From Octopus bimaculoides (lineage: Eukaryota), in NCBI RefSeq assembly GCF_001194135.2, contig NC_068982.1, positions 129,477,062 through 129,541,061 of the forward strand: a stretch of DNA of 64,000 nucleotides, written 5' to 3'. Below, piece by piece: positions 21,724-33,745 of this stretch. The notes below the pieces were generated by a model. It ran no database searches, was not told where the DNA came from, and saw only the letters and a program-made list of their open reading frames with translations. Numbering within the stretch: position 1 is the first letter of the stretch; each line of letters opens with the position of its first letter. Made by a program: the position numbers and the translations under genes.

Positions 21724-24630
21724 ATCATTTAGCATCCATTGTCCATGCTGGAAGACTGCACCAGACTCCAGTCTGATTTGGCAGAGTTTCTACGGCTGGA
21801 TGCCCTTCCTAATGCTAACCATTCTAAGAGTGTAATGGGTGCTTTTACATGCCACTGGCATGGGTGTTATTTGCATGACACTGGTATCTGCTGTGACTGC
21901 AATTTTACTTGGTTTGGTGGGTCTTCTTCTGAAGCACAACATAATGCCAAAAGTCTCGGCCGTTGCCTCTGTGAGGCCTAACACTTGAAAGGAGCCTTTC
22001 ACATGCCACTGGCATCAGCAACCTTGACTCCGTTAGGTCCAACACTCAAAAAGTGCATTTTATGTGCCACCAGCTCAGGTGCCACTTACATGATAACAGC
22101 ATCAGCCACTTGGCTTGATGGGTCTTCTCAAGCACAGCATATCACCAAAGGTCTTGGTCACTAGTCATTGCCTTTGTATGGTCCAAAGCTTGAAGATCAT
22201 GCTTCACCTCCTCGTTCTATGTCTTCCTGGGTACATTCTGTCGAACATGCACACTGACATTGCACATCCAGCGAAGCATACTGGCTTCATTTCTTTCAAG
22301 CCTACACATGTCCTCGGCTGTCACAATCCATGTCTCACTGCTGTGTAGCATAGCTGTTTGCACACAGGCATCATACAATCTGCCTTTCACTCTGAGAGAA
22401 AGGCCTTTGTTGCCAGCAGAGCCAGGAGCTCTTTGAACTTGCCCAGCCTAATCTAATTCTCACAGCTACACTTTCAGAGTATCCACCTCTGCTACTAACT
22501 TGGTCACCTAGATAATGGAAGCTATCTATTACCTCTAGCTTAACCCCCTGGCAGTTGATGGAATCTATTTTCTGTACATTTTTGGTGTTTATTGTACCTG
22601 TGCATCTTCCACGCACAAAAGCTATTTTCCTTGTTAACTTACCTCTGATATTGCTGCACCTCTTATGTGTCCATAGCTTACACCGGGTATGGAGTTTCTA
22701 CCTATGTCTTTTCTACCTATGTCTTTTCTACAGATCGAGCAGGGCCATCTACCTGAAGTGATTTGTGATTTGTCTGCCTTCCTACTTACTAAGACTTTGG
22801 TTTTTGCTCGGTTAACTCTAAGGCCCTTTGGTTCTAGACATTGCTTCCCTACTTGGAATATCTTCTCTAGTTCTGGTAGTGGCTCAGCTCTAAGAACAAG
22901 GTCATCAGCATAGAGGAGCTCCCAGGGGTAACCTGTCTTAAATTCCTCTGTTACTGTTTGGAGGACTATGATGAACAAGAAAGGGTCTGAGGACTGATCC
23001 TTGATGAATCCCTACTTATACCTTGAATTCTTCACTGTACTTGTTGCCAACCTACATCATACTAGTAATGTCCCTGTACATGGCTTGTACAGCTCTCACT
23101 GACTACTTGTCTATCCCTATTTTCCACATTGACCACCAGATAAGGGATCAGCAGACCCTGTCAAAGCTTTCTCCAAGTTAACAGATGCCAAGTACAGAGG
23201 TTTATCTTTGGCTATGTATTTCTCCTGTAGCTGCATTACCAGAAATATATCATCAGTGGTGCTTCTCCCTAGCACAAAACCAAACTCCATCTCATCTAGA
23301 CTAACTATCTTTCTAATTAGGTGGGCTATGACCCTCTCCCTAACATTCTTCACCTGATCCAACAATTTGATACCTTTGTAATTATTTCTATCTAAGGTAT
23401 CACCTTTACTTTTGTATCAGTTGACTATGGTTCTGCTACACCAGTCATTGGGTATCACTCCTTCATGAACCAACTGATTTACAATATAGGTAACTGTACC
23501 ATAACCCACACCACCAGATATTTTAAGCATCTCGGCAGGGATTTCTGATGGGCCAGGTGTTTTCCCTGTCTTCATATCCTTACTTGCTTTATCTACCAAG
23601 CTACTGTTGATTCGGATTGCTGGTCAACATTTGGCAGACACACCTCCTCCCATTCATTCTTTGCATTCAGCAGTCTTACATAATGGCATTTCCAAGCCTC
23701 TTTCTTTGCAGAATCATTAAATGCATTCCACTGCCATGTCACCCTAGGTCTGGATGGGACTTTGCACCAGCCACACATTTGGTATGTGGTACTCAGCAAG
23801 CTGTCCCACAGGAATTCCCAGTTGCCTTCTATGTCACAAGTCTGTCGCTCTTACCTCTCATCAAATTTCTCAATTAGGACGTCCCTAAATCTCTGATCAT
23901 ATGAAGGGTCTTTAAGCTTCCAAATCCTTCTTCTCCAGATTGGTCTGTTTCTCGGCATCCTTCTGGCCTGGAGTCTAAAGTCACTAATGATTAGTCTATG
24001 CTGGTGGGTACATTTTTCACCAGGATGGGTCTTTGTATTTCAGAGCAACTATGCATCCTACTATCTAGTGAGAATGTAACCAATCTGGCTAGCACAGTCA
24101 CCTGATTGGTTAGTTATCAGGTGGCTGGCTGGCTTCTTGAAGTTGGTGTTGCAGATCAATAGGTTATTTGCATTACAGAACTCCAGTAGCCTTGTTCCCT
24201 CTTTGTTTCAGGAACCAATTCCATGGCCCCCCTGTACACCATGGAAGATACTAGGCTGCCATTCAGCATGCCCATTGAAATCCCCAGACACGAAGATGAG
24301 ATCATTGTCAGTTGTCTTTGAGGTAGCCTGAAGAAGAATATAATAAAAGTGATCCTTCTGTTCATTTGTTAGGCCTGCTCATGGGGTATAGGCAGAGATA
24401 ATTGTCACTATACTGTTCTGCAAGACTAGCCTGAGCTTAAGTACTCTCTTGCACATTCTGATTACTTCTTTGACTGTATTCACCCATTTCTCTGCAAGAA
24501 GTATGCCCAGACCACCTACCCCGTCACTGTTACCTTCCTAGAAGGTTTTATACCCATGTGTCTTGCCTGTGAGGAACCTGGCTGAAACTCCTCTCCATCT
24601 TACCTCTTGGATGCAACATACATCAACACG
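21723..24630 (-). mobile_element. Near-complete degenerate RTE-clade LINE (APE endonuclease, RT, PHD-like finger, 3' UTR)
   Basis: VDVCCIQEVRWR (APE, 24592-24628); MKTGKTPGPSEIPAEMLK; LDEMEFGFVLGRSTTDDIF; PWELLYADDLVL; VIDSFHYLGD; tail ending TAAATGATGAC. Frameshifted. Confidence 0.92.
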
Positions 24631-24653
24631 CCTCTGTTCAAGCATCTCAACAA

Positions 24654-24693
<40 letters not shown>

Positions 24694-24729
24694 TATTATA
24701 TTATATTATATTATACAATGAACTTTTTT

Positions 24730-24900
24730 GACTTTCCATCTACCAAATCCACTAATAAGGTATTGGTTGACCTGGGGCTATGGCAGAAGACATTTATCAT
24801 GTTCACTCTGGTACTTATTTTAATTGGCCCTCAAGTGCAAAAAGGCAAAGTTTATCTTAGCAATGTTTGACCTCAGAATATTAAGGGACATTTTGTAAAT
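24730..24900 (-). mobile_element. Fragments of CORE-like and Meta-domain SINEs
   Basis: GCAGAAGACATTTATC and CTGGTACTTATTTT...AAAAGGCAAAGTT...TTTGACCTCAGAAT. Confidence 0.5.
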
Positions 24901-25188
24901 ACCATGAATCATTTCATCCACTGACTGAAATTTTGTTGAGTAGATAAATAGCTCATGGTAGTATGGGTTTTTTATTTGCATAAGCAATGTCTGGATTGAG
25001 ATATAGTATTGCATTAAATGTTATGTTTAATGTTTATACTTGAGTCAATCACTTAATGTTTATAAAATCTGACTTTGCTTCCTTGGAGAGGGGCAAACAT
25101 TGATCTACTTGACAATAGTAAAGAAGGTTTGTATTAGTCATGCTCTTTCTGCATTAGTAACACTCTTGTTGCTTTAAAAAGATTTAGT

Positions 25189-25238
<50 letters not shown>

Positions 25239-25888
25239 NNNNNNNNNNNNNNNNNNNNNNNNNNNNNNNNNNNNNNNNNNNNNNNNNNNNNNNNNNNNNN
25301 NNNNNNNNNNNNNNNNNNNNNNNNNNNNNNNNNNNNNNNNNNNNNNNNNNNNNNNNNNNNNNNNNNNNNNNNNNNNNNNNNNNNNNNNNNNNNNNNNNNN
25401 NNNNNNNNNNNNNNNNNNNNNNNNNNNNNNNNNNNNNNNNNNNNNNNNNNNNNNNNNNNNNNNNNNNNNNNNNNNNNNNNNNNNNNNNNNNNNNNNNNNN
25501 NNNNNNNNNNNNNNNNNNNNNNNNNNNNNNNNNNNNNNNNNNNNNNNNNNNNNNNNNNNNNNNNNNNNNNNNNNNNNNNNNNNNNNNNNNNNNNNNNNNN
25601 NNNNNNNNNNNNNNNNNNNNNNNNNNNNNNNNNNNNNNNNNNNNNNNNNNNNNNNNNNNNNNNNNNNNNNNNNNNNNNNNNNNNNNNNNNNNNNNNNNNN
25701 NNNNNNNNNNNNNNNNNNNNNNNNNNNNNNNNNNNNNNNNNNNNNNNNNNNNNNNNNNNNNNNNNNNNNNNNNNNNNNNNNNNNNNNNNNNNNNNNNNNN
25801 NNNNNNNNNNNNNNNNNNNNNNNNNNNNNNNNNNNNNNNNNNNNNNNNNNNNNNNNNNNNNNNNNNNNNNNNNNNNNNNNNNNNNNNN
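25239..25888. other. Assembly gap between (CT)n and (TA)n
   Basis: N run. Confidence 1.
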
Positions 25889-26881
25889 TATATATATATA
25901 TATATATATATATTATAGATGATATTCAGAGAGATTTTACTGCCATATTAATAAGTCAAATGACTATATAGAAACTCCTACTAGATTTTAGTAATAGTAA
26001 ACCTAAGCATTCAACTAGTTCAAATAGTGTTACAGTGGCTGTAGTGATTAATTGAAGAATTACTTTGACATACCTCTTGTTACTAATTCAACATCAGTGT
26101 GTGTGAACAAACAAACAAGTGATGTTTTATGTTGATACATCAGTTTGCTTCTAACATCAACTATATTACTTTACTCTATTTGGCCAGTTGCCAAGAGTTG
26201 TTGACCTTATTGAAAGAAGTGACACCTTGTAAGCCTGTATTTTAAACATGTCTAAAGTTGTTTAGAGGAAGTTGATTTGTAAGTTAGCAATTATTTTATC
26301 TCAGAACATTTACTTCTTATTTAGAAAATCCAGATCAGCTCCAGTATGGTGTACTTTATTCAGTTAATAAAATATTTGATTGTGATAGAGACAGGTATGT
26401 GTGATGAGAAATTTGCCTCTCAGCCACTTGGTTTTGAGCTCTATCCCAATGTGTGGTACCTTAGGTAAATGTCTTCTGCTATAGTCTCAGACCAACTAAA
26501 GACTTGTGAGTGGATTTAGTAAATGGAAACTGAAAGAAGCTCATATATATGTGTATATGTGCAGGTGTATGTCACTGTTTCCTTCCCTTGACATCACATG
26601 ATAGTTTTAAAGAAATATTGTCATTATGTAAGTGGTGTCCTTCCCTCCCAATAAGTGTGAGGAAACTAGTCCTGGTCTACATTGATAGAAATTATACTGC
26701 GATGGCTGTAATTTGGTCAAGTTTATATACTATGGCAAGAAAAGGGTGCTAACATTTTAAGACCCAATATGCAGAGTCAGTTTTGAAATGACAGCACCTT
26801 CTTCTCTCCCTAAGTCATACAAATTTGACTGACTGAATTGCATTAGAAACAGTATATTTTTAGAGAAGAATATACTTTTAA

Positions 26882-27269
26882 GTGGAGGCGCAATGGCCCA
26901 GTGGTTAGGGCAGCGGACTCGCGGTCATAGGATCATGGTTTCGATTCCCAGACTGGGCGTTGTGAGTGTTTATTGAGCGAAAACACCTAAAGCTCCATAA
27001 GGCTCTGGCAGGGGATGGTGGCAAACCCTGCTGTACTCTTTCACCACAACTTTCTCTCACTCTTACTTCCTGTTTCTGTTGTGCCTGTAATTCAAAGAGT
27101 CAGCCTTGTCACACTGTGTCACGCTGAATATTCCCGAGAACTACGTTAAGGGTACACATGTCTGTGGAGTGCTCAGCCACTTGCATGTTAATTTCATGAG
27201 CAGGCTGTTCCGTCGATCGGATCAACTGGAACCCTCGACGTCGTAAGTGATGGAGTGCCAACAACAACA
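26882..27269 (+). mobile_element. Young tRNA-derived SINE with (AAC)n tail and 10-bp TSD
   Basis: A box TGGCCCAGTGG, B box GTTTCGATTCC, tail GCCAACAACAAC; TSD ATACTTTTAA at 26872-26881 and 27270-27279. Same family as 48809-49189. Confidence 0.92.
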
Positions 27270-27819
27270 ATACTTTTAATAATGTATTTACATCATTATT
27301 TTTTAAATGAAGCTAACCTTATATTTCCAGTGGTCTAATTCATGGCTGGTGTTGTGTTATTATCCTAAGGTACATCTTGGAATAATTTCTGCTCTGGAAG
27401 ATAACTTTTTGAAACTTGTCTTTCCATTTTATATACCAGTGTAAGCTACTAGATTTTTTTATATTAGATCAGGAACAAATTGATCACATTCTCCATTCAC
27501 TTAAGTTTATTTAATTTTATTAAACTAAACTCTCAAATTAGAGAGTACAAGTGGAATACAATATTTAAAAAAATTTCCTTAATGGTTGACTGAGAGAATT
27601 GTTAGAGCTGTGAACAAAATGAATTGCAGCATTTGTTCTGGTATTTTATGTTCTGATTTCAAATTCCAGTGAGTTCTGTTTTGCTTATCATCCCTCTTAG
27701 GCCAATGAAATATAGTATCAGTTAAGTACTGGAATCAATGATAATGACTACTTCCCCCCCCCCAAAAAAAAAACAACAACAAATATTTGGTCTTCTATCT
27801 AAATTAGAATTTGTTATTA

Positions 27820-28035
27820 ATTGGGTGATGATTTGGCAGAGTCATTTGAGCATCAAAGAAAATACCTTGTTGCATTTGTTTTTAGTTCTTTATATTCTGA
27901 GTTCAAATCCTGCCGATGTCATCTTTGCCTTTCATCCCTCCAGGGTTGATTAAATAAAGTACCGAGGTTGATTTAATCAAGTAACTTTCTCTCTCTAAAT
28001 TTCAGGTTTTGTGCTTATGTTAGAAATAATTATTA
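27820..28035 (+). mobile_element. Meta-domain SINE just upstream of the first coding exon
   Basis: TTGGCAGAGTCATTTG head; TCTGAGTTCAAATCC B box; TTTGCCTTTCATCCCTCCAGGGTTGAT domain; ATTATTAT tail. Confidence 0.7.
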
Positions 28036-28209
28036 TAAAATAGCATTGGACTATTTTTAATGTAAGATATTTTTCATACCAATTATCAGGTTTTTTAGTT
28101 TTACTAACTTAAAATGTAGTCACTGCTTAAGTATAATTTTTGTAATATTGTAAAGTCTAATTTTTCATTTTATCTATTATGTATTTCTTTCTTTTTCTTT
28201 ATTTCACAG

Positions 28210-28292
28210 GCTTGACAGTCTGTTTTACTGCATATCTTTGACTTGGTCAAAAAGTGAATAATTTTGGTTGGAGCACTTGTGAAGAACCAGCC
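28210..28292 (+). other. GAPVD1: GAPVD1 5' UTR part of the first coding exon
   Basis: Long polypyrimidine tract TTTCTTTCTTTTTCTTTATTTCACAG| ends at 28209, implying at least one upstream non-coding exon. Confidence 0.7.
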
Positions 28293-29411
28293 ATGTCATT
28301 AGCAGTACAGCTAGAAGAGTTGGCATGGCAGTTGAAGAAAGAAAGACTCTTTATCAATTCAGAAAGAGAACAGATGCAAAAAATATATGAAGATGTTAAA
28401 AAAGTTGCAGAAGCTTTGTATCATGTTTCCTGGATCATGAGACAACAACGTACTAACTTAGAGATGCTAGTTACCACCATACATGGAATAGTACAGTCAG
28501 GGTTTTGTGCAAAAGCCAAGCAGCTCGAATCTATCAATTTTATTGATAGCTACAAGCAGCTTGGTTACCATGACATCAAATTTGCAGACCTTTTGAAATA
28601 TTTACGAGATAACCCAAAATTAGTTGCTCAGCTGATCAGCTGTGGAGAGAAAAGGGGCATTGAAGGATCACAGAAGGTTGTTGGTATTGTCTTGCCATCT
28701 CTCTATGGTAATTGTGTGATGCTGGAAGATGAATACATGGCCTTGCAACTGTTGTATACTCTTGCTGAAAATCAGCTAACTTATGATGATAATCCACGCC
28801 GACTGATTCGCAAAGGGTCTTGTGCTTTTAGCAAACTTTTCAAGAACTTTTTTGATTCTTTATTTTCTTCCAAACTGTTCCTGACAGCAGCTTTACATGA
28901 TCCTGTCATGAAGCTTCTGATGGAAGATGAATGGTTTTATGATATTGATCCCGACAAAGCACTTGTACGTTTTACTCCCTCTGAAAGGATGCGACGCTTT
29001 GGGGAACAAGGGTCAACAGAATGGAAAACTAATTTACAAAACTATCGTAATTTCATTGTCGATAAGCTAGTGACCTTATCGAATCGGTTCATTTCTGCAA
29101 TCAAGAACAATATGTATTGTTTTCCAGTAAGTCTCTCATGGCTAGTCTCACAGATTTATCAACTTTTATCAAAGTCTGGCAAACATTCAGCTGCTGAAGT
29201 TCGAGCAGTTTGTGCAGATTTAGTTTTTGCTTTATTTATATGTCCTGCTATCTGGGATCCAGCACCTTACGGCATCATGTCTGATGTCCCAATAAGTCAT
29301 ATTGCCCGTCATAACCTCATGCAGATTGCACAGATCATCCAAGTGCTTGCCTTTTCACAAACAGATGATATTCCTCCAAAATTCAGTGATCTTTATGACA
29401 AATTTGACAAG
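28293..29411 (+). CDS. GAPVD1: GAPVD1 coding exon 1: N-terminus and RasGAP-like domain (373 codons, ends in phase 0)
   Basis: ATG in CAGCCATGT context. LYGNCVMLEDE, DNPRRLIRKGSCAF, KLFLTAALHDP, YCFPVSLSWLVSQ, LFICPAI, ARHNLMQIA, DKFDK match human GAPVD1 as I recall it. Donor AAG|GTAAGA. Confidence 0.95.
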
Positions 29412-29447
29412 GTAAGATTCTGTTTATATATTTTTTTCATTTGTTTA

Positions 29448-30525
29448 TCTACATATATAAAAATGAGAATGTGTGTCTGTCTGTCTGTCTGTCTGTGTGA
29501 ATCCCTAAAACTCGAGAACTACGCAACCAATTTCATTCAAATTTTACACATGCCTTACTTAGGGTTCCAGTTGTGTTTTAGTCAAAAAAAATTATTAACT
29601 TCTTGCAGAGTTCGAGCACACGGCAACATAATATCTCCTCCACTATTTAAGTATTACGTGTCAAAAGTGAAACAAAAACACTCATGTCAAATACTTTCAC
29701 TTTAAAAATGAAACTATTCCACTAATTGAAACAATCACATTTCGATACTGTAGTGACAGATACTTTCACAGAGAGAGAAAGAGAGAANNNNNNNNNNNNN
29801 NNNNNNNNNNNNNNNNNNNNNNNNNNNNNNNNNNNNNNNNNNNNNNNNNNNNNNNNNNNNNNNNNNNNNNNNNNNNNNNNNNNNNNNNNNNNNNNNNNNN
29901 NNNNNNNNNNNNNNNNNNNNNNNNNNNNNNNNNNNNNNNNNNNNNNNNNNNNNNNNNNNNNNNNNNNNNNNNNNNNNNNNNNNNNNNNNNNNNNNNNNNN
30001 NNNNNNNNNNNNNNNNNNNNNNNNNNNNNNNNNNNNNNNNNNNNNNNNNNNNNNNNNNNNNNNNNNNNNNNNNNNNNNNNNNNNNNNNNNNNNNNNNNNA
30101 TGTATATATATATAGATGTACATGTAATATGTACACATATATACATATATACATGCATACAGATATCTATACATATATACACTCATCACACACACATACA
30201 CATGCACACAAACACACACATTAGTCATTTGTTTTCTTATCCAAAACTACGTCAAAAGTACTGAATGGATCTTTATGAAATTTGGAAATTATATTCTTTG
30301 CATAACGGCCATAACTCCCATGAAAATTCATATATTTTTGATGTTGATGAAATTTTAACCCGAACATAACAGATGAGCATTATTTAGAAAATGATGTCAC
30401 ACGTTATCGAGGCTACCATTCTTTCTGGATGTGCAAAAGGGGATGACGTCTTTATTCCAAGAATTCCTCTTACTCCATTAGGAGTAAATTTAAACCAATT
30501 TATAACAGAGTTTAAATCACCGTAA
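29448..30525 (+). mobile_element. Non-autonomous Helitron with a Pif1-like helicase fragment, interrupted by an N gap, 3' end not found
   Basis: A|TCTACATATATAAAAATGAGAATG 5' terminus; 30391-30477 translates MMSHVIEATILSGCAKGDDVFIPRIPLTP, a Helitron RepHel helicase motif. Confidence 0.82.
29788..30099. other. Assembly gap
   Basis: N run. Confidence 1.
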
Positions 30526-32458
30526 TAATGTTACAGTTTTCTATGATCATATACTAAGTGTTCATGAGATCTTATAAGTATGCTTATGTCAGGTTGCATC
30601 AATTGAAGTTGTTTCCTGTTTTACTAGCACTTTTGAAGTTACACGCAAGTAAAATGTAAAACCAAAATGAAACTGGCAAAATTACTAAATATATTTAGTT
30701 TCTGTTTATTTGCTACTATGTACCTTATTTCATGTACATACTTGGCCACAAGAACCTATACTTTTAAAAATTTTACACATTTCTATAACCAAGGAAAAAC
30801 ACAAAGGTGTTTCATTCAGTTCATGACTGTGTGGTTAAGAAGTTTGCTTCCTAATGACATAGTTTCAGGTTCAGTCTCACTGCCTAGCATCATGGGTATC
30901 TACTGGCGGTGTTGTCACTTCTCTCAACAAATTCCCAGCTTGCTGTGCCCATTCAAAGACATGTGAAACAAGAAATCCCTTATTTGATAAACAGGTAAGG
31001 ATTAGCACCAGGAAAGGCATCCTGCTGTAAAACAATAGCCTCATAACGAAGCTTTAGTATGAAGCCATGTTTAGGTATGAGCAGAATTTAGGCTAGTTGA
31101 AATATGTTGACTGAATTAGATATAAAGCTATGATTTTAAGTTTAAAGAAGTAAGTACTAAGGGTGATTTGTTTCAATAAACCCTTCAAAATAGTGCCCCT
31201 GCGTAGCTACTGTCCAATGACTGAAACAAAGATTAAAGATACAATTTATATGAAAAATATTTTCTTTTGTTAAATAATACAAGTTGCATATATCTTAATA
31301 TATTGGCTGTCTGCTTATACCTGGCATGCCTTTGTTTTTCTTGTAGCACATTATTGGAACAAGTAAAATTTTAACAAGTATGTGTTCTTGTAGAAGCATA
31401 TATACATAAACTATGTATTTAGCAGTGCATAAACAGAAACTAAATACTTTTTTGTTTTACATTTTACTTCTCAATTGTTTCAATGTGTAAGTAAAGTAGG
31501 AAACCACTTCAGTCAATGTCCAACTAAATACAACAAAATTTGTTCATAATTGTTGATGTGAAGTAATCAGAAAATAAAATTGACATTGGAAACAATAAAA
31601 CAGTGAGTTTGTGTTTTCATCTAGACAGGAATTCATGCTATAAATAAGTACTATTTACAGACACTATCAACATGATTTATGTCTTACATAATTACATATG
31701 AATCACTGAATGTGTTTCTGTAAAATACTTTTTCATTTTGTAAATTTTGAATGTTGTGTTTCAATTCTTTAAGATCCTTATTAAAATAAAATTAATTAAA
31801 ATTGAAAAAGTTTTCCAGACCATAAATGTCTATGTTCAAAATGTAAGATTAAAAAAAGATCTGCATAATAAAGAAAAAAAAATTTCATGACCATGTGTAC
31901 ATCACTATACTGAATAGTAAAATTAAGTATACGCTTAAGATATCATTACTATCACAATCTTATTAATTGTGATGTATACTTCATTGTAGATGCACTTTTC
32001 CAACATAATTCAGTGAAGTTTATCACTTTCAAATTTTCTTTTTGTTTTGTTTAGCACGTGTGAACTTTCTCATTGTATTTTTCAGACAGCAATTATAAAT
32101 CTGACTAGACTTTATTTTCTATACATCATAGTTCTAAAGAAAAGTCAGTGAGGGATATTTTCACTAGAGTTCATTGCTGGTAATTTGTGGGGATTTATAC
32201 TCAAGTGTAAATTATACATGAATAAATACAATATATTTTATTGTTTTATATAGTCTTTTGTGGCAGCAGATTTCTCTATGAAGTATCTTGAAATTTTAGG
32301 AACTCTTATTTATTAGGTGATACTTTAGATATCAGATTGTTGTATGTTAAAAATTAACTTTCTGTAAAACGTGATGTATACACAGCTGTAAAAGCTCAAG
32401 AGAAGAAGGATGGGAAAATATTAGATTTATAAGCCCTAAGATTCACTCCATAATTGCC

Positions 32459-32713
32459 CATGGGTATATGGCATAGTGGTTAAGAGCGCAGGCTACTAAC
32501 CCCAAGATTCCAAGTTCGATTCCAGGTCAGTGACCTGAATAATAATAATAATAATAATAACAACAACAACATCAAAAAATACCTTAGGAATGAGAACCCA
32601 GGTTCAAAATTTCCCCAAGACACTTGATGAAGGCTGGAGGGTATATCAGCCGAAGCGTTTTGTTAACAACAAATAAGATGAGGACAAATATCCGTCAAAT
32701 GTAAATAATATAA
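32459..32713 (+). mobile_element. tRNA-headed SINE with (AAT)n(AAC)n spacer and Penelope-like tail; 9-bp TSD
   Basis: A box TGGCATAGTGG (32469-32479), B box GTTCGATTCC (32514-32523); TSD ATAATTGCC at 32450-32458 and 32714-32722. Confidence 0.8.
32619..32664 (+). ncRNA. Degenerate minimal type I hammerhead ribozyme motif
   Basis: GACAC-TTGATGA-A-GGCTG-gagggtatat-CAGCC-GAAG-CGTT-TTGTT: perfect 5-bp stem II; core differs from CTGATGA/GAAA at two positions; stem I partly paired. Confidence 0.6.
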
Positions 32714-33232
32714 ATAATTGCCTGATAGTGTAATAAAATCATAAATAATATATAAAAGTAATTAACTAAGTGATACATTTTTTAATCTGATAATTTGTTT
32801 GTAATAATATTTAATGATACACAGTTCTATTTAAAATCGAAAGCAAGCATGCTAATTTAAGTTTTTTTTTATTTATTTTTTTTTATAACTATTAAAAATT
32901 CTCATGATTTTTAAAACTTTGGTCTTTGGTGGTGAAACATTTACTGTAGCAGACTTGTGAGGTTTGATAGAAATAAAAGTTAGCATGATTCATTTGATGT
33001 GTTATGTTAACCTCTATAAAAAGTAAAGGAGAAGTGAAAGAGAGAGTTACTGTGATAGATGCAGGAGTGGCAGCTGTAATACTGTGGACATGTGATATAA
33101 ATCTAAGAACTGTGTAAAAAAGTACCACTCACTGTTTGTATAGCATACCTCTGGAGGTGGAAGAGGTGGTGAGGTCAGACCTTGGGACAATATGTCTTAC
33201 AGATAAAATGAAAGAAAACCAAATGGTAATAT

Positions 33233-33745
33233 CATCATCATTTAACGTCTGTTTTCTTCCATGCTGGCATGAGTTGGATGGTTTGATTGAAAACTGGTAA
33301 GCTGGGGAGCTGCACCAGATTCCAGTGTGATTTGGTATGGTTTCTATGGCTGGATGCCCTTCATAATTCCAACCGCTCCAAGAGTGTAGTGGGTGCTTTC
33401 TACGTGCCACTGGTATGGGTGCCAGTTACACAACACTGGCATCAGCCACGACTATAATCTCACTTGGTTTGACAGGTCTTCTCAAGCACAATATATTGCC
33501 AAAGGTCTCCATCACTTGTCACTACCTCCATGAGGCCCAACATTCAAACGGTGCTTTTTATGTGCCACCAGTATAGGTGCCAGTTATGTGACACTGGCAT
33601 CAGTCACAACTATGATTTCCCTTGGCTTGATGGGTCTTCTCAAGCGTGGCATATCGCCAAAGGTCTTGGTCATTTGTCATTGCCTCTGTGAGGCCCAACA
33701 TGCAAAGGTCATGCTTCACCACCTTGTCCCATGTCTTCCTGGGAT
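33233..33745 (-). mobile_element. RTE LINE 3' end
   Basis: (CAT)n TTAACGTC...GGATGCCCTTC...; ORF2 end peptide KTWDKVVKHDL on the minus strand. Confidence 0.85.

Noticed and set aside
26882-26960. tRNA gene candidates (also 32465-32530 and 48809-48885)
   Set aside because: A/B boxes are present but cloverleaf pairing is incomplete, and each continues into a SINE body with tail and TSD.
28254-28292. N-terminal extension of track ORF 28254..29705 (MNNFGWSTCEEPA)
   Set aside because: It starts at GTG; the first ATG in good context is at 28293.
29412-29705. C-terminal 98 aa of the 483-aa ORF as normal GAPVD1 sequence
   Set aside because: It lies past a consensus donor and is mostly Helitron sequence that recurs at 1-275.
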